A stretch of 64,000 bases of DNA from Candidatus Latescibacterota bacterium (GCA_965248435.1 OZ252100.1:2848001-2912000); one strand, 5' to 3'; counted from the first letter of the stretch, positions 37,953 to 49,735 are shown. Program-made: numbers and translations. The notes: a model not told the origin generated them from the sequence alone.

Positions 37953-38873
37953 CTAAAGCGCATCGATCAGGCGACGAAGGTTGGCGTAGTTGATCCGCAT
38001 CGCCTCCTCTGCAGATCCGCTCGGCGGCAGAAAATGGGTAGAAAGCGACAGCACGACGTCGCTCTGATGGTCCCGAAGCGTACGAAAGATGGTAGGGTAG
38101 TCTACATCCCCTTCGCCGATCGGACAGTATTCGAAATCGTTCCGAAGCCCGTCGATCACCCGGAGGTCCTTTAAATGAAGTCCGTGCAGGTAGGGGCTTA
38201 CATTATCGAAGCCAGAGGTCGCGACATCCCGCTCGCCGCTGTTCCAGTTGTCGGACGGACCCCACATCACCTTGATCCGTCTGGATCCAAGGCGCTCCGC
38301 GAGTTGGCGAAAATTGCCCGTTGTGTTCGTGAAATTCCAGGGCATCATACCGAGGGCAAGATTCACGTCATACTGCTCCGCCTCCTCCAATACCCTTGAA
38401 AATATCACGACCAACTTGTCCATATCGCTGTCGGTAATCACGCCGCCTCGCGTCAGCCAGCGCATCGGCCACGTCGGCTTTCCCCCGATATATTCTCCCG
38501 GCCACGCGAAGGTGAAAGTGCTTACCGTCGATACTCCGAGCCGTTTGGCGATCTGCATCGCCCGGGTCAGCTCCTTAAGTTCCCGAACAAAGTCGGGGTG
38601 CTCATCCAGGCGCTCGGTGTCCAGGTCGCACAAGTGGACCTTCTTGAACGATCCGCTGGCGCCGACAGCGAAGATTTCGAGATCGTGTTCAGCGCTGAGC
38701 TCAGCCACGCGATCCGCTTCCTGATCTGTCATCTCGACCATGGGCGAATCGCCGGGCAGACGGTCATACCAAACACTGTCCGCTCCGATTTCAGCCGCTT
38801 TTGCCATGGCAGCCTCAAGGGGGAGCCTGAGTTCTCCGAGGTACATCCCGATCTTGAACGGGGTGTCAGACAC
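37953..38873 (-). CDS. Xylose-isomerase-like TIM-barrel protein (paralog of 32791-33738)
   Basis: Shared FTFAWPGEY..GKPTWPMRW.TRGG, LHLKD, IGEGDVDY. Confidence 0.8.
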   Translation of the reverse strand: MSDTPFKIGMYLGELRLPLEAAMAKAAEIGADSVWYDRLPGDSPMVEMTDQEADRVAELSAEHDLEIFAVGASGSFKKVHLCDLDTERLDEHPDFVRELKELTRAMQIAKRLGVSTVSTFTFAWPGEYIGGKPTWPMRWLTRGGVITDSDMDKLVVIFSRVLEEAEQYDVNLALGMMPWNFTNTTGNFRQLAERLGSRRIKVMWGPSDNWNSGERDVATSGFDNVSPYLHGLHLKDLRVIDGLRNDFEYCPIGEGDVDYPTIFRTLRDHQSDVVLSLSTHFLPPSGSAEEAMRINYANLRRLIDAL

Positions 38874-38889
38874 TATGCGTTCCTCTTTT

Positions 38890-39843
38890 TCATAGATCCG
38901 CTGCCTCGTTTCCGTTCGCCCTTCCCATTCGCTCACCGGGTGAAATCTGCTGGCCGCGAACGAACGCATCGCCGCTCATCCTTCGCTTTCCCGACGGCTG
39001 GACTTCCTCCAGACGGAGCGAACCCGCTCCTGCGGCCACGACGATCCCTTCTCCAGCATCCGCGAACAAGACCTCCCCGGGGGCCCCGCCCTCAGCACGA
39101 ACAGCCGCCCGATGTACCTTCAACACCCCTCCGCTCCAATCTGTAAACGCACCCGGAATCGGGTTCGTCCCCCGGATCAGGTTCCGAATCGACACCGCGT
39201 CCTGGTGCCAATCGATCCTCGCATCCTCCCGCTCCAGCTTGGGAGCGCGACTCACGCCGACCTCCGTCTGAGGTCTGGGGGTCACCTGACCCGTCGCGAG
39301 CCCATCAACGGTCTCCAGAACGACGTCCGCCCCTAGAAGCTTCAACCGGTCGTGAAGTCCCCCATACGTCTCATCCGCATCGATCCGGACTCGACGCTGA
39401 ATCAGGATGTCGCCGGCGTCCACTTTAGACCGTAGTATAAATGTAGTTAGCCCGGTTTCCCTTTCACCCCGGATGATCGCCCACTGCATCGGCGCGGCGC
39501 CGCGGTACCCTGGCAGCAGAGAAGGGTGAAGGTTGACAGAACCCAGCTTCGGGATTTCGAGAATCGACCTTGGGAGAATTACGAAGGCCACCACCACGAA
39601 AAGATCTGCATTCAGCTTTCGCAGTGACGCGAGAAATGTTGGATCGTCGAGCGACTCAGGCTGCTGCACCGTCAGGCCCATCTTCACTGCTGCCTCTTTG
39701 ACCGGAGGGGAAGTCACCTCGAGTCCGCGTCCCTTTCGGCGATCCGGCCTCGAGACCACCCAGGCAAGGTCGTGTGGACTCTGCCCAAGTCGCTCCAGCG
39801 AGGGGACCGCAAAGTCGGGCGTTCCCATAAACACCAGTCTCAA
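38890..39843 (-). CDS. fmt: Methionyl-tRNA formyltransferase
   Basis: VFMGTPDFAVPSL, NLHPSLLP.YRGAAP, DAGDIL; AAGGAGG before TTG 39843. Confidence 0.96.
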   Translation of the reverse strand: MRLVFMGTPDFAVPSLERLGQSPHDLAWVVSRPDRRKGRGLEVTSPPVKEAAVKMGLTVQQPESLDDPTFLASLRKLNADLFVVVAFVILPRSILEIPKLGSVNLHPSLLPGYRGAAPMQWAIIRGERETGLTTFILRSKVDAGDILIQRRVRIDADETYGGLHDRLKLLGADVVLETVDGLATGQVTPRPQTEVGVSRAPKLEREDARIDWHQDAVSIRNLIRGTNPIPGAFTDWSGGVLKVHRAAVRAEGGAPGEVLFADAGEGIVVAAGAGSLRLEEVQPSGKRRMSGDAFVRGQQISPGERMGRANGNEAADL

Positions 39844-39862
39844 TGCCCGAAGCCCACCTCCT

Positions 39863-40189
39863 TCACGATTTCTTTTCGGCCACCTGCGAGACCGATCCCC
39901 GAGAAACCTCGATCCTGACATCCTTGGCGACCTGCACGACCAGGATGCCCTCCTTCTCTTTTATACCCACAATCGTGCCGTGGACGCCACCCGAGGTAAC
40001 GATTCGATCTCCCTTTTTCAGAGCATCGACCATGGCCTGTTGCTGCTTCTGCTTCTTGTGCTGGGGGCGAATGATCAAGACATAGATCACGACAAACATC
40101 AGGATAAAAGGGAACATGCCCAGGATGCCGGAGGTCCCTCCTGACCCAGGTTCCCCACCCATAGCAAGAACGTCTTGAACTCCGAACAA
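39863..40189 (-). CDS. yajC: Preprotein translocase subunit YajC
   Basis: TM segment then IRPQHKKQK...LKKGDRIVTSGGVHG; downstream of tgt. Confidence 0.95.
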   Translation of the reverse strand: MFGVQDVLAMGGEPGSGGTSGILGMFPFILMFVVIYVLIIRPQHKKQKQQQAMVDALKKGDRIVTSGGVHGTIVGIKEKEGILVVQVAKDVRIEVSRGSVSQVAEKKS

Positions 40190-40219
40190 AACACCCTCCT
40201 TATCGCGTTCTACCGAACG

Positions 40220-41416
<1,197 letters not shown>

Positions 41417-41463
41417 CTATACCCAAGCAAATATACCAACCGAAAAAAATCAAGTCAAGATCG

Positions 41464-42612
41464 CTACCTCACCGCCTGCTTTGCCGTAACAAAGACGAAC
41501 CCCTGTTTGCGCAGTTCCGGCATCATTCGCTGCAGCGCGTAAAGCGTCGGGGCCTTGGCGTGTCCGATGCCGATGACGGTGCCTTCCTGCCTCGCCTGCT
41601 TTGCCAGCTTCATCACGGCATCTTCCACGGCCGGAACTTCTTCTACGAGGTCTACGAAGCGCGTATTTCGAGCGCAGGAAAGCCCCATCTCGCGAGCGAC
41701 ATCATACGCGACAGACTTTGGAGACGTCACACTATCCACGAAGTAAAAATCCCGCTGTCTTGCCTCGGCCAGCACGTAGCTCATCGCAAGCGCATCCTGG
41801 GTCAGGCGTGAACCCATATGATTGTTGAACCCGGCAGCGTGCGGTACCGCCCCTAGGGCCTGGCGGGTAATCTGACGTACCCTTTGCTCCGAATAATCCA
41901 GAAAGATGGCGTCGGGCCCAGGATTGCGTGTCGGATAATCGATCGGCTCCATGGGCAGGTGAATCATCACGCTGTGTCCCCCTGCTACCGCCTGTTCGGC
42001 GATCCATTCCGCCTTTTCGCCTCCAGGAAAAATCGACAGGGTCAAGGGTTCATCGAGTTGACAGAACCCCTCGATGAGATCCTCGGACTGGTTTCCGAAA
42101 TCATCAACGATAATCGCGATGCGGCCCGCCGTACGCTTGATATTCGGGTTCCGCCGAAGCGTGACCAGATTTGTCCCCTCCCCGTCAAACCCCAGGAGCA
42201 TCGAGAGGGTCCGACCTGAAAGGTCCACTCTGGCATCAAGAACGGCCCCCCCGAACCGTTTCGCCATCAGAGAGATCTCCAGGTTGCATACGGTCAGTGG
42301 CAGGTCACTCGGAACATCGGAGGAGATCTCCCACCGCATCTCGCTCCCCCTCTGGTCGGGAAGTCGGCTGGAAGTAACCTCACCCTCAGGCACCCCCAGA
42401 CCCGCCAACACGTCCGGAGCCCGCACCGCTAAAGAGTCCGCGAACGATGCAGGCGTCAGATGCAGCGGCTTTATATGCTGAATCACTTCGGGCAATTCGG
42501 ACACGTCGCGGGCCGGTGCCCAGACCCAGATCGCCAACCCGCCAGCCACCACGATCAGCGCTGAGATCAATGACCAGGCAGGGACGGTCGTGTCGCGACG
42601 CTTTCGAGCCAT
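41464..42612 (-). CDS. Divergent polysaccharide deacetylase (YibQ-like) with N-terminal TM; start uncertain
   Basis: IAIIVDDFG, HLPMEP, NNHMGS, FVDSVT, IGIGH. Confidence 0.88.
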   Translation of the reverse strand: MARKRRDTTVPAWSLISALIVVAGGLAIWVWAPARDVSELPEVIQHIKPLHLTPASFADSLAVRAPDVLAGLGVPEGEVTSSRLPDQRGSEMRWEISSDVPSDLPLTVCNLEISLMAKRFGGAVLDARVDLSGRTLSMLLGFDGEGTNLVTLRRNPNIKRTAGRIAIIVDDFGNQSEDLIEGFCQLDEPLTLSIFPGGEKAEWIAEQAVAGGHSVMIHLPMEPIDYPTRNPGPDAIFLDYSEQRVRQITRQALGAVPHAAGFNNHMGSRLTQDALAMSYVLAEARQRDFYFVDSVTSPKSVAYDVAREMGLSCARNTRFVDLVEEVPAVEDAVMKLAKQARQEGTVIGIGHAKAPTLYALQRMMPELRKQGFVFVTAKQAVR

Positions 42613-42804
42613 CTGTTTCGCAGGGCGCGAAGCAGATCTCGAAGATGTGCGCCGACGCGCCTTGCCTCGACGTGTTCCTAGGAAGATCATTGCGAAAAGC
42701 GTCGCTCCAATTTCACTTGGAAAGAAACAGGGGGAGGGGGAGTTCGGTTCGAAAAATCAGCCGTGAGGGGATTCACGACGTCGATTCGGGAGACAGAATC
42801 TGGT

Positions 42805-43830
42805 CTAGGGCGAACCAATGCGGATTGGGCTCGGGATAAAACAGAGCACGAAGACCGCCAGCGAGAGATACCCAATCCATTTGCGCGGCGGGTCCAATTC
42901 CGTGTGGGGATCGAGCGGCGGCGGGTGGCGGCGCCCCAGCATCATCGCGATGAACATCCACAGGAGCCAGCCGTGCCACCGGGAGGCGATCCACGCATCC
43001 GCAATCGACTCTGTGGTCAGCCAATGGTAAGGGGGACCAAAGGCCCAGAACAACCCCAGAAAAACAACGGCACCCTTCGAGATCAGTTCGTGCCGACCTC
43101 CGAAAATCGCGTAGATGATGTGGCCGCCATCAAACTGTCCGATCGGGAGCAAATTTAGAACTGTCACAAAAAGGCCCAGCCAACCCGCGAACCCTATCGG
43201 ATGGATGAACACGTCGTAGCCTTCCGGAAGGTCGCCGACAATCAGTTGGCCCAGCCAGGCGGTGAGAATAGAGTCGCCGAACACCAGCACATCCCCGGAT
43301 AGCTTTGAATGGGACACGACATCAGAAAGGTGGAGGCCAACCGCGAGCGCGACGACGGCCACCACGAATCCTGCCAGAGGTCCGGACGCCCCGATGTCGA
43401 AGAGCGCGCGGCGGTTCGGAATCCTGGACTTGATCTTTATCACCGCTCCGAGTGTGCCGATGATCGACGGAAAAGGGATGAAGAATGGAAGTGTCGCCCT
43501 CACCCGCCACCTTCGGGACGCGAAGTAATGCCCCATTTCGTGAATCCCCAGGATCATCAGCAACGTCGCCGAAAACGGCAGTCCCAGAACGAGATAATTG
43601 GGATCCAGGAGGATCCATAAACTGTCGAGACCGGGCCGAAGCTCCTCTGGATGAAGCGTCAACTTTGTGCTGAGCGCCAACTGCATGCCCGCAAGAGTGG
43701 TCGTATATGCTGTCAAAAGAAACAGGACCAGGTGCACCCACATCCGGTCCTGAGAAGCCCGGGATGATCCCACATGTTCAAAGTAGACCTCGCCCCGGCC
43801 GAGTTCTGTTCGCTCAGGCTCTCCGTTCAT
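42805..43830 (-). CDS. Site-2 protease (peptidase M50)
   Basis: HEMGH, GPLAGF, NLLPIGQFDGGH. Confidence 0.92.
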   Translation of the reverse strand: MNGEPERTELGRGEVYFEHVGSSRASQDRMWVHLVLFLLTAYTTTLAGMQLALSTKLTLHPEELRPGLDSLWILLDPNYLVLGLPFSATLLMILGIHEMGHYFASRRWRVRATLPFFIPFPSIIGTLGAVIKIKSRIPNRRALFDIGASGPLAGFVVAVVALAVGLHLSDVVSHSKLSGDVLVFGDSILTAWLGQLIVGDLPEGYDVFIHPIGFAGWLGLFVTVLNLLPIGQFDGGHIIYAIFGGRHELISKGAVVFLGLFWAFGPPYHWLTTESIADAWIASRWHGWLLWMFIAMMLGRRHPPPLDPHTELDPPRKWIGYLSLAVFVLCFIPSPIRIGSP

Positions 43831-44071
43831 CCTTCAACTCCGCTGCTCTCCCCACTCAAGTGGAATTTTATCCCTATAAATAGGTGTAAATAATGGAATA
43901 TAGCGTCAAAAATTAATATACTTTTCAGTTTTCTGAGATCGTTCATCAATATCCATTGTGGAATTCTTCCCAGCGTCAGTGCCTCCGCGGCGAGGCCATC
44001 AATTGGACAGCGGGCGCCGGATTCGGTAGCCTGTTTCAGTCGCCGTCTGCTGTCGGCCGTCCGCTGTCCGC

Positions 44072-44956
44072 TTATCTGATCCCGACTCCGATGCGGTGCG
44101 ATCCTCCGAACCCCAAGGATGACGGCACAAAGGCATATCCAACGCGCCAGTTCCTGCGCCGAACGCCGAAGCCGTAGGAGAAGTCCCTTGTATCACTGCC
44201 GGACCGGTATCCCATCCTGATGAAAATTGCCTCCCGATGCGAATACTCTGCCCCCAGATTCACGCCCCTGTCACTGTCCTTCGGGAAGCGTAGGTCCACA
44301 GATCCAGTGATCGGCCCTCTAACAACGGCCGCTCCCAGGCGTATCGTCCGCGGAAGCGGCACCCGTTCCTGACCCAGCCTTGCCGTGCGCCCCCAGTTTC
44401 GCTGAGCCGCGCCCAATGTCACCCCATCTATCGGGGTGCGATAGATGAAGCCCAGATCCACGGCGAAGCCCGACGCCGAATCCGAGCCTATCGCCTCGTG
44501 AAGCAGACGAATATTGGTTCCGACGTAGAGCCGTTGTCCGAATCGCTGTGAAACCGTAAAGCTCGCGTTCGATTCGAAAATGCTGAACGTACCGAGAGGC
44601 TCCGCGCTCGGTCCGGTTCGCGTTTCGAGGTCTCCCATCGAGTGAACACCCAGACTTATCCCGATCCCCCGTCTGCCGTTTCCATACGCCCAACCCGCGT
44701 ACGTCTGCCGGAGCCCTTGGAACGAGCTGTGATGCGAAACCAGAAAATCCTTTCTGGACAGCGCGGCAACCCCGCCCGGGTTCCAGAAGGAACCGGCCTG
44801 GTCCCCCACGACCGCGGTGTAGGCCTCTCCCATGGCGGCCGCTCTGGCTCCGATGCCTTCTCGAAGAAGGACGAATCCCACCCCTGATGCCGCCCCCTCG
44901 CCCCTCTCGGGAACCAGGGTCAAAATCAGGCAGATGATCGCGCCAAAACGGACCAA
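44072..44956 (-). CDS. PorV/PorQ-like outer-membrane beta-barrel
   Basis: GIGARAAAMGEAYTA...FWNPGG; C-terminal GYAF...LGFGGSHRIG. Confidence 0.78.
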   Translation of the reverse strand: MVRFGAIICLILTLVPERGEGAASGVGFVLLREGIGARAAAMGEAYTAVVGDQAGSFWNPGGVAALSRKDFLVSHHSSFQGLRQTYAGWAYGNGRRGIGISLGVHSMGDLETRTGPSAEPLGTFSIFESNASFTVSQRFGQRLYVGTNIRLLHEAIGSDSASGFAVDLGFIYRTPIDGVTLGAAQRNWGRTARLGQERVPLPRTIRLGAAVVRGPITGSVDLRFPKDSDRGVNLGAEYSHREAIFIRMGYRSGSDTRDFSYGFGVRRRNWRVGYAFVPSSLGFGGSHRIGVGIR

Positions 44957-45206
44957 ATTGTCTTCTCCCAGGGTAAGTTCAGCAAGTTTAGAACGTTAAG
45001 CAAAGCGTCTGGGGGTGTCAATACCAAATCGTGAAATACCAGTATATTAGAGATTGACGACCCCGCTGAACAAACTGTTGACAGCGCCTTGACGGATCAT
45101 TACTTTAATACGACAGGAGTGGCAATTTGGGGCATATTGCAGCCACTTTAAACAAGCTGCTAAAAAGCCGCCGAGAGCCCGGCCTCTAGTCGGGTCTCTT
45201 TGCTCT

Positions 45207-45239
45207 GTCCCGGTCTGCTTTGGCGACTGGGACTTTTTT
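45207..45239 (+). terminator. Intrinsic terminator in the tdh leader (possible attenuator)
   Basis: GTCCCGGTCtgctttggcGACTGGGAC followed by TTTTTT, about 20 nt before the tdh start. Confidence 0.7.
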
Positions 45240-45257
45240 GTGGAAAGGATTAGAGTC

Positions 45258-46400
45258 GTGGACAAACAGATTCCGAAGGTGATGAAGGCCATCCGAAAGG
45301 CCGAAACCGGCGCTGGGCTCGTAGTGGAAGAGATCCCGACACCCCAGCCCGGCCCCTACGATGCGCTCGTAGAAATCGAAGCCGCGAGCGTGTGCGGCAC
45401 CGATCTCCACATCTGGAAGTGGGACGAATGGAGCCAGCAGCGCATCAAGCCTCCGATAACAGTCGGACACGAGTTCTCGGGAACGGTCGTAGAGGTCGGG
45501 GAACTCACGAACCAGATCAAAGTGGGCGACTATGTCTCTGCAGAAAGTCACATCACGTGCGGACACTGTTTCCAATGCCGGACGGGCCAGGCACATATGT
45601 GTCCACGGACTCAGATCCTTGGCGTGGATCGGGACGGTGCGTTCGCAGACTTCGTGGTCGTTCCGGAGTCAGTCCTTTGGCAGAATGACCGGGAGAAGCT
45701 TCCACCTGAGATCGCCACGCTCCAGGAGCCCTTCGGGAACGCCGTCTATGCGACGCTCACCCACGACCTCGCGGGCCAGACCGTCGCCGTCTTCGGCTGC
45801 GGCCCGATAGGCCTGTTCAGCATCGGCATCGCCAGCGCCTCTGGAGCTGCGGCGGTGTTCGCCGTGGACCCGGTCGACTACCGGCTCGGGCTCGCGAAGA
45901 AGATGGGCGCAACGCACACGGTCTGTCCAGGGAGCAAAGACGAGGCCGTAGAACAGATTCTGGATTCTAACGAAGGCTTTGGGGTCGACATCGTCCTCGA
46001 GATGAGTGGAGCGCCCGCAGGGATCACCGACGCCTTTCGCACGGTTCGGAACGGAGGCGGGATGACCCTGTTCGGCATCCCGTCCAATCCGGTCGAGATC
46101 GACGTCGCGGAAAACATGATCTTCAAGAACCTCACCGTCTTCGCGCTCAATGGTAGACGAATCTGGGACACCTGGTACAAGACGCGTTGGCTCCTCGAAA
46201 GTGGCGTCGTGGACCTGCGCCCCCTCATTACCCGGGAAATCGGACTCGATGAAATAGATGAGGCCCTGGAGCTCCTGTCCGCCGGCGAGGCCTGCAAAAT
46301 CGTCATCCGCCCGGATGCAGTGTCCAAGACGCCCCCCTCTACGACGGAGCGTCTCCAGGCAGAGGACCCGAACATCCGGGGACAGGCCGTCCACCTTTAG
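45258..46400 (+). CDS. tdh: L-threonine 3-dehydrogenase
   Basis: CGTDLHIWKWDEW, GHEFSG, ESHITCGHCFQCRTG..HMC, EPFGNAV, GCGPIGL. Confidence 0.9.
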   Translation: MDKQIPKVMKAIRKAETGAGLVVEEIPTPQPGPYDALVEIEAASVCGTDLHIWKWDEWSQQRIKPPITVGHEFSGTVVEVGELTNQIKVGDYVSAESHITCGHCFQCRTGQAHMCPRTQILGVDRDGAFADFVVVPESVLWQNDREKLPPEIATLQEPFGNAVYATLTHDLAGQTVAVFGCGPIGLFSIGIASASGAAAVFAVDPVDYRLGLAKKMGATHTVCPGSKDEAVEQILDSNEGFGVDIVLEMSGAPAGITDAFRTVRNGGGMTLFGIPSNPVEIDVAENMIFKNLTVFALNGRRIWDTWYKTRWLLESGVVDLRPLITREIGLDEIDEALELLSAGEACKIVIRPDAVSKTPPSTTERLQAEDPNIRGQAVHL

Positions 46401-46403
46401 ATG

Positions 46404-46529
46404 CGTATCTCGTATCTCGTGAAGCGTATCTCGTTGGTATGTACCCTGTAGTTCACAAATACAGTTACTCAAGAATTCTGCGCAGCTAATTAGCTCGAGA
46501 AATGACGAGCCCACGAGATACGAGATACG
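46404..46529. repeat. Inverted-repeat element made of CGTATCT 7-mers
   Basis: cgtatctcgtatctcgtg (46404-21) / cacgagatacgagatacg (46512-29), perfect 18 bp. Confidence 0.8.
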
Positions 46530-46551
46530 TTCTTCCAGAAGCGAGCATAGG

Positions 46552-47535
46552 ATGGACTCCTCCACGCGATTCAAAGAAGCTAGAGACCGAGGCGGCGCCT
46601 ACCTTCTTGCGCGGCAGGCAGAGGATGGCGCATTCCCCGCCGAGGCGCCCAACCTCCACGAGTACTACAAAGCGCTGAGAGCCTTCCAGGTCTGCGGTCA
46701 CACCGACGCGGCCAATCGCCTCTGCAACTGGATCCGAAATCACGGGATGACGGTTGACGGAGACTTCGGCCCCCGGAGTGGAATGGCCCTGGGACACAAT
46801 TACGCCTACCTGAACGCATGGGTTGTCATCGGGGCCCACCGGCTCGGACAGTTCGATCTCTCGACGAAAGGAATGGACTTCCTCTCTCGTTTCTGGGACC
46901 CGAACACCGGGGGATTCTATGCGAGCCCCTCAGGCCGTGACCCCGACACAAAACAGGACTTGATGGTCACGTGTATGTGCGGACTGGCCGCTCTCTACAC
47001 CGGGAGGATGGAGATCGCCGGGGCGGTCGGAGATTGGCTCCAGACCGTGTTGATGGCACAGCCCGATTTCCCCGAGCGGCTGTATACCGTCTACACCAGG
47101 GAGAACGGCTTGCTGACCGAACCCGATCCCGAAGATGAAACACGCTATGTCCTCCACAGCGACGCCACCCGAGACGAGAACTTTTTCAACCCGGGGATCG
47201 CCGGGGCGTTCCTCGCCCGCCTCTTCCAGACCACAGCAGAGAAGTCCTGGTTGGACCTCGCGATCGAATACATGCGATGCGCGGAGGTGGCGAGCGATTT
47301 CCTGTTCCGGATCGTGCGCGCCGGAAAGGTGGGATGGGCGGCCTCGATCCTCTACACCCTCACGGGTGAAGAGAAATACAGGGAGATGGCCATCCGCATC
47401 GGCGACAACCTTATCGCCCTGCAGGCGGGTGAAGGCTATTGGAAGGGGGGCGGTGGGGACGCGCCGAGCAACGACTCCACCGCTGAACGGGTCGCGTGGA
47501 TGGATGAAATCTATCAGGCCGTGAGTCAGGAGTAG
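46552..47535 (+). CDS. Hypothetical protein, probable alpha/alpha toroid fold
   Basis: YLLARQAEDGAF and LIALQAGEGYW resemble prenyltransferase QW-type repeats. Confidence 0.6.
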   Translation: MDSSTRFKEARDRGGAYLLARQAEDGAFPAEAPNLHEYYKALRAFQVCGHTDAANRLCNWIRNHGMTVDGDFGPRSGMALGHNYAYLNAWVVIGAHRLGQFDLSTKGMDFLSRFWDPNTGGFYASPSGRDPDTKQDLMVTCMCGLAALYTGRMEIAGAVGDWLQTVLMAQPDFPERLYTVYTRENGLLTEPDPEDETRYVLHSDATRDENFFNPGIAGAFLARLFQTTAEKSWLDLAIEYMRCAEVASDFLFRIVRAGKVGWAASILYTLTGEEKYREMAIRIGDNLIALQAGEGYWKGGGGDAPSNDSTAERVAWMDEIYQAVSQE

Positions 47536-47563
47536 AAGAACCTCCTCAGAAAGGAACCGCCGC

Positions 47564-49165
47564 GTGGCCGACCTGGATACCGTCTCCCTCTACATAGATG
47601 ACGAACCCCAGTTTTTCTTCGACAACGGAATCATCGAGTCCGTCCACAATCTGACCCGGACGCTCCACAGCCCCGAAAAGAGTGACGCGAACCCGGTCAT
47701 CCAGAGCGATAAGCCGTGGGAGTATGTGACTTACTTCACGGGAAACGGCTACCACGTCTGGGGAGACACCGCGACCGGGCGAATCCACTGCCTCTACACG
47801 AGCTGGAAATTCGATCGGGAAAAGAGAGCCCCGGGCGTCAGCCTCGTAAACTGGCAGCACTCCCGGCTTCGTCAATGCTATGCCTACTCTGACGATGGCG
47901 TCGAGTGGATCAAACCCCCCATGGGGATCCAGAAGGAGGACGGTCACGACACCAACATAGTCTTCGGTACCGAAGACTATGGTTCCGTCTACTCTACGAA
48001 CGCAGTAGAAGACCCGTTCGAAGAAGACCCGGAAAAACGGTTCAAGGCCGTCTACACATACGTGGCGCCGGGCGGAGACAGTTCGGCCATCAAGCGTGCG
48101 GCCCATTCACCCGACGGCATTCACTGGACGCCCTACGAAAAGGCGCCCTCCTTCGGGAAGCAGGGCGACCACCTCGGCGACGTCTTCGTCGGCGCTCTCG
48201 ACCCTGCAAGCAGGACCTACATCGCCCTGACCCGACATCCCTGGATGGGTAACGCACCCCGGACCCGCGGCCCGAGCTACGACCTGGTCGTCGGCGGGCC
48301 GGGATTCGACAACACGATCGGGCCGGCCAACAGGCGCAACCGCAGACGCATCTTCCAGACGGAAAGCCGCGACTTCCTGAACTGGTCCGAGCCGCGCGCC
48401 GTCCTCGCCCCCGATCCGGAAATCGACAACCTGGACGACTCCTTCTATACCATGACGCCGATGTGGCTCGGGGGCCAGTGGCTCGGATTCATCGCCGTGT
48501 TTCACATGGTCAGCAACACCTTCACGGTTCAACTCGCACACAGCCGCGACGGCAGAAACTGGAACAGAATCGCGCCGGGACGCACCTGGTTGGACCGGGG
48601 CCCGGTCGGGTCCTGGGAAGAATTCATGGTGAACGTCTCTGCCGCACCCGTTGTGGTGGGGGATGAACTGTTCGTTTACTACGGCGGGTCGAAGAACCAC
48701 CACGACTGGTGGTTCTCCGGGCACGAAAAGAACATGGATGTCCCCGAGACCAAAGGGTGGGATCACGTCGGCTACCACCTCGGCCTGGCCAGAATGCGAA
48801 ATGAAGGATTCGTTTCCCTCGGGGCGCACCGCGTGCGCGAGGGACTGCTCCAGACGCAGCCGTTTGGATCCTACGGCGACCGACTGATCATCAACGCGGC
48901 CTGCGGGCCCGAGGGCTACATCAAGGTCGAGGTCACCGACCCTTCGGGAAAGGCCATAACGGGAAATGCCCTGGACGACGCAGATGTCTTCACGGGTGAC
49001 GCCACACGTCACGAAGTGACGTGGAAGGGCGATCCAACAGTCCGCACGCCTGAAGCGAAGGCCGATTGGAAGACCCGCCGGGCGCCCTACCGCGCGCTCC
49101 GATTCGTCATGCGCGACGCCGAACTCTATTCCTTCCGTCTGCTCAACAGTGAGAATTCGGCTTGA
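47564..49165 (+). CDS. Hypothetical glycoside-hydrolase-like beta-propeller protein
   Basis: YAYSDDGVEW, HSPDGIHW, SRDFLNW and HSRDGRNW repeats. Confidence 0.65.
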   Translation: MADLDTVSLYIDDEPQFFFDNGIIESVHNLTRTLHSPEKSDANPVIQSDKPWEYVTYFTGNGYHVWGDTATGRIHCLYTSWKFDREKRAPGVSLVNWQHSRLRQCYAYSDDGVEWIKPPMGIQKEDGHDTNIVFGTEDYGSVYSTNAVEDPFEEDPEKRFKAVYTYVAPGGDSSAIKRAAHSPDGIHWTPYEKAPSFGKQGDHLGDVFVGALDPASRTYIALTRHPWMGNAPRTRGPSYDLVVGGPGFDNTIGPANRRNRRRIFQTESRDFLNWSEPRAVLAPDPEIDNLDDSFYTMTPMWLGGQWLGFIAVFHMVSNTFTVQLAHSRDGRNWNRIAPGRTWLDRGPVGSWEEFMVNVSAAPVVVGDELFVYYGGSKNHHDWWFSGHEKNMDVPETKGWDHVGYHLGLARMRNEGFVSLGAHRVREGLLQTQPFGSYGDRLIINAACGPEGYIKVEVTDPSGKAITGNALDDADVFTGDATRHEVTWKGDPTVRTPEAKADWKTRRAPYRALRFVMRDAELYSFRLLNSENSA

Positions 49166-49319
49166 GCGAGAACAATAGACTCGACCTATGCCCCATTACT
49201 CCTGACTGACCCTTTTCCAAACACAGCACATTCCTTAGGTGTAGAGCTTACTCTTCCCCCTTTAAAAAAGGTTCTTCGCCGAATGTTGGGGTTAAGGTAT
49301 TAAGCTCTAATTCTAGACT

Positions 49320-49735
49320 CGCCCGCTGCCGGCGTCTCTGTAACTCACGAGATGCATCGCTCAAAGTCATCAGGGCCGCGGTGTGCGACTCCCTTGCAAC
49401 CTCGTTCTTCTACCTCCCACGCGGTTAGGCCCTCTGGGCCGGTCCCATAGGGGGCGTTCTGCGGGGCAGGAGTCCCGCCCTGATTGCCGCCCCCGTCCTT
49501 TCCACTGAGGGTGAGGTGCCGCGGCCCGAGCCCCCGCGGCGTTTGAGCGGCGCCCTTCTTTTGTCTACTTTTCTTGTGGCGAGACAAGAAAAGTAGACCG
49601 CCGGAGGCATGGGGTTCTTGGGTGGGACGAACAGCTTAGGGAGCAAGGAGAGATAGCCACTTTTTCCTCGAAATCTGCTCATGCCCTCCCCTAAATTCGG
49701 TGAAGAGTCTTGAAAAAGGGGGACTGAGGGGGATT
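49320..49735. repeat. Structured intergenic repeat element(s)
   Basis: Perfect 15-bp stem gtctacttttcttgt-ggcgag-acaagaaaagtagac (49563-49598); GC-rich hairpins; flanking C-run/G-run motifs. Confidence 0.5.
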
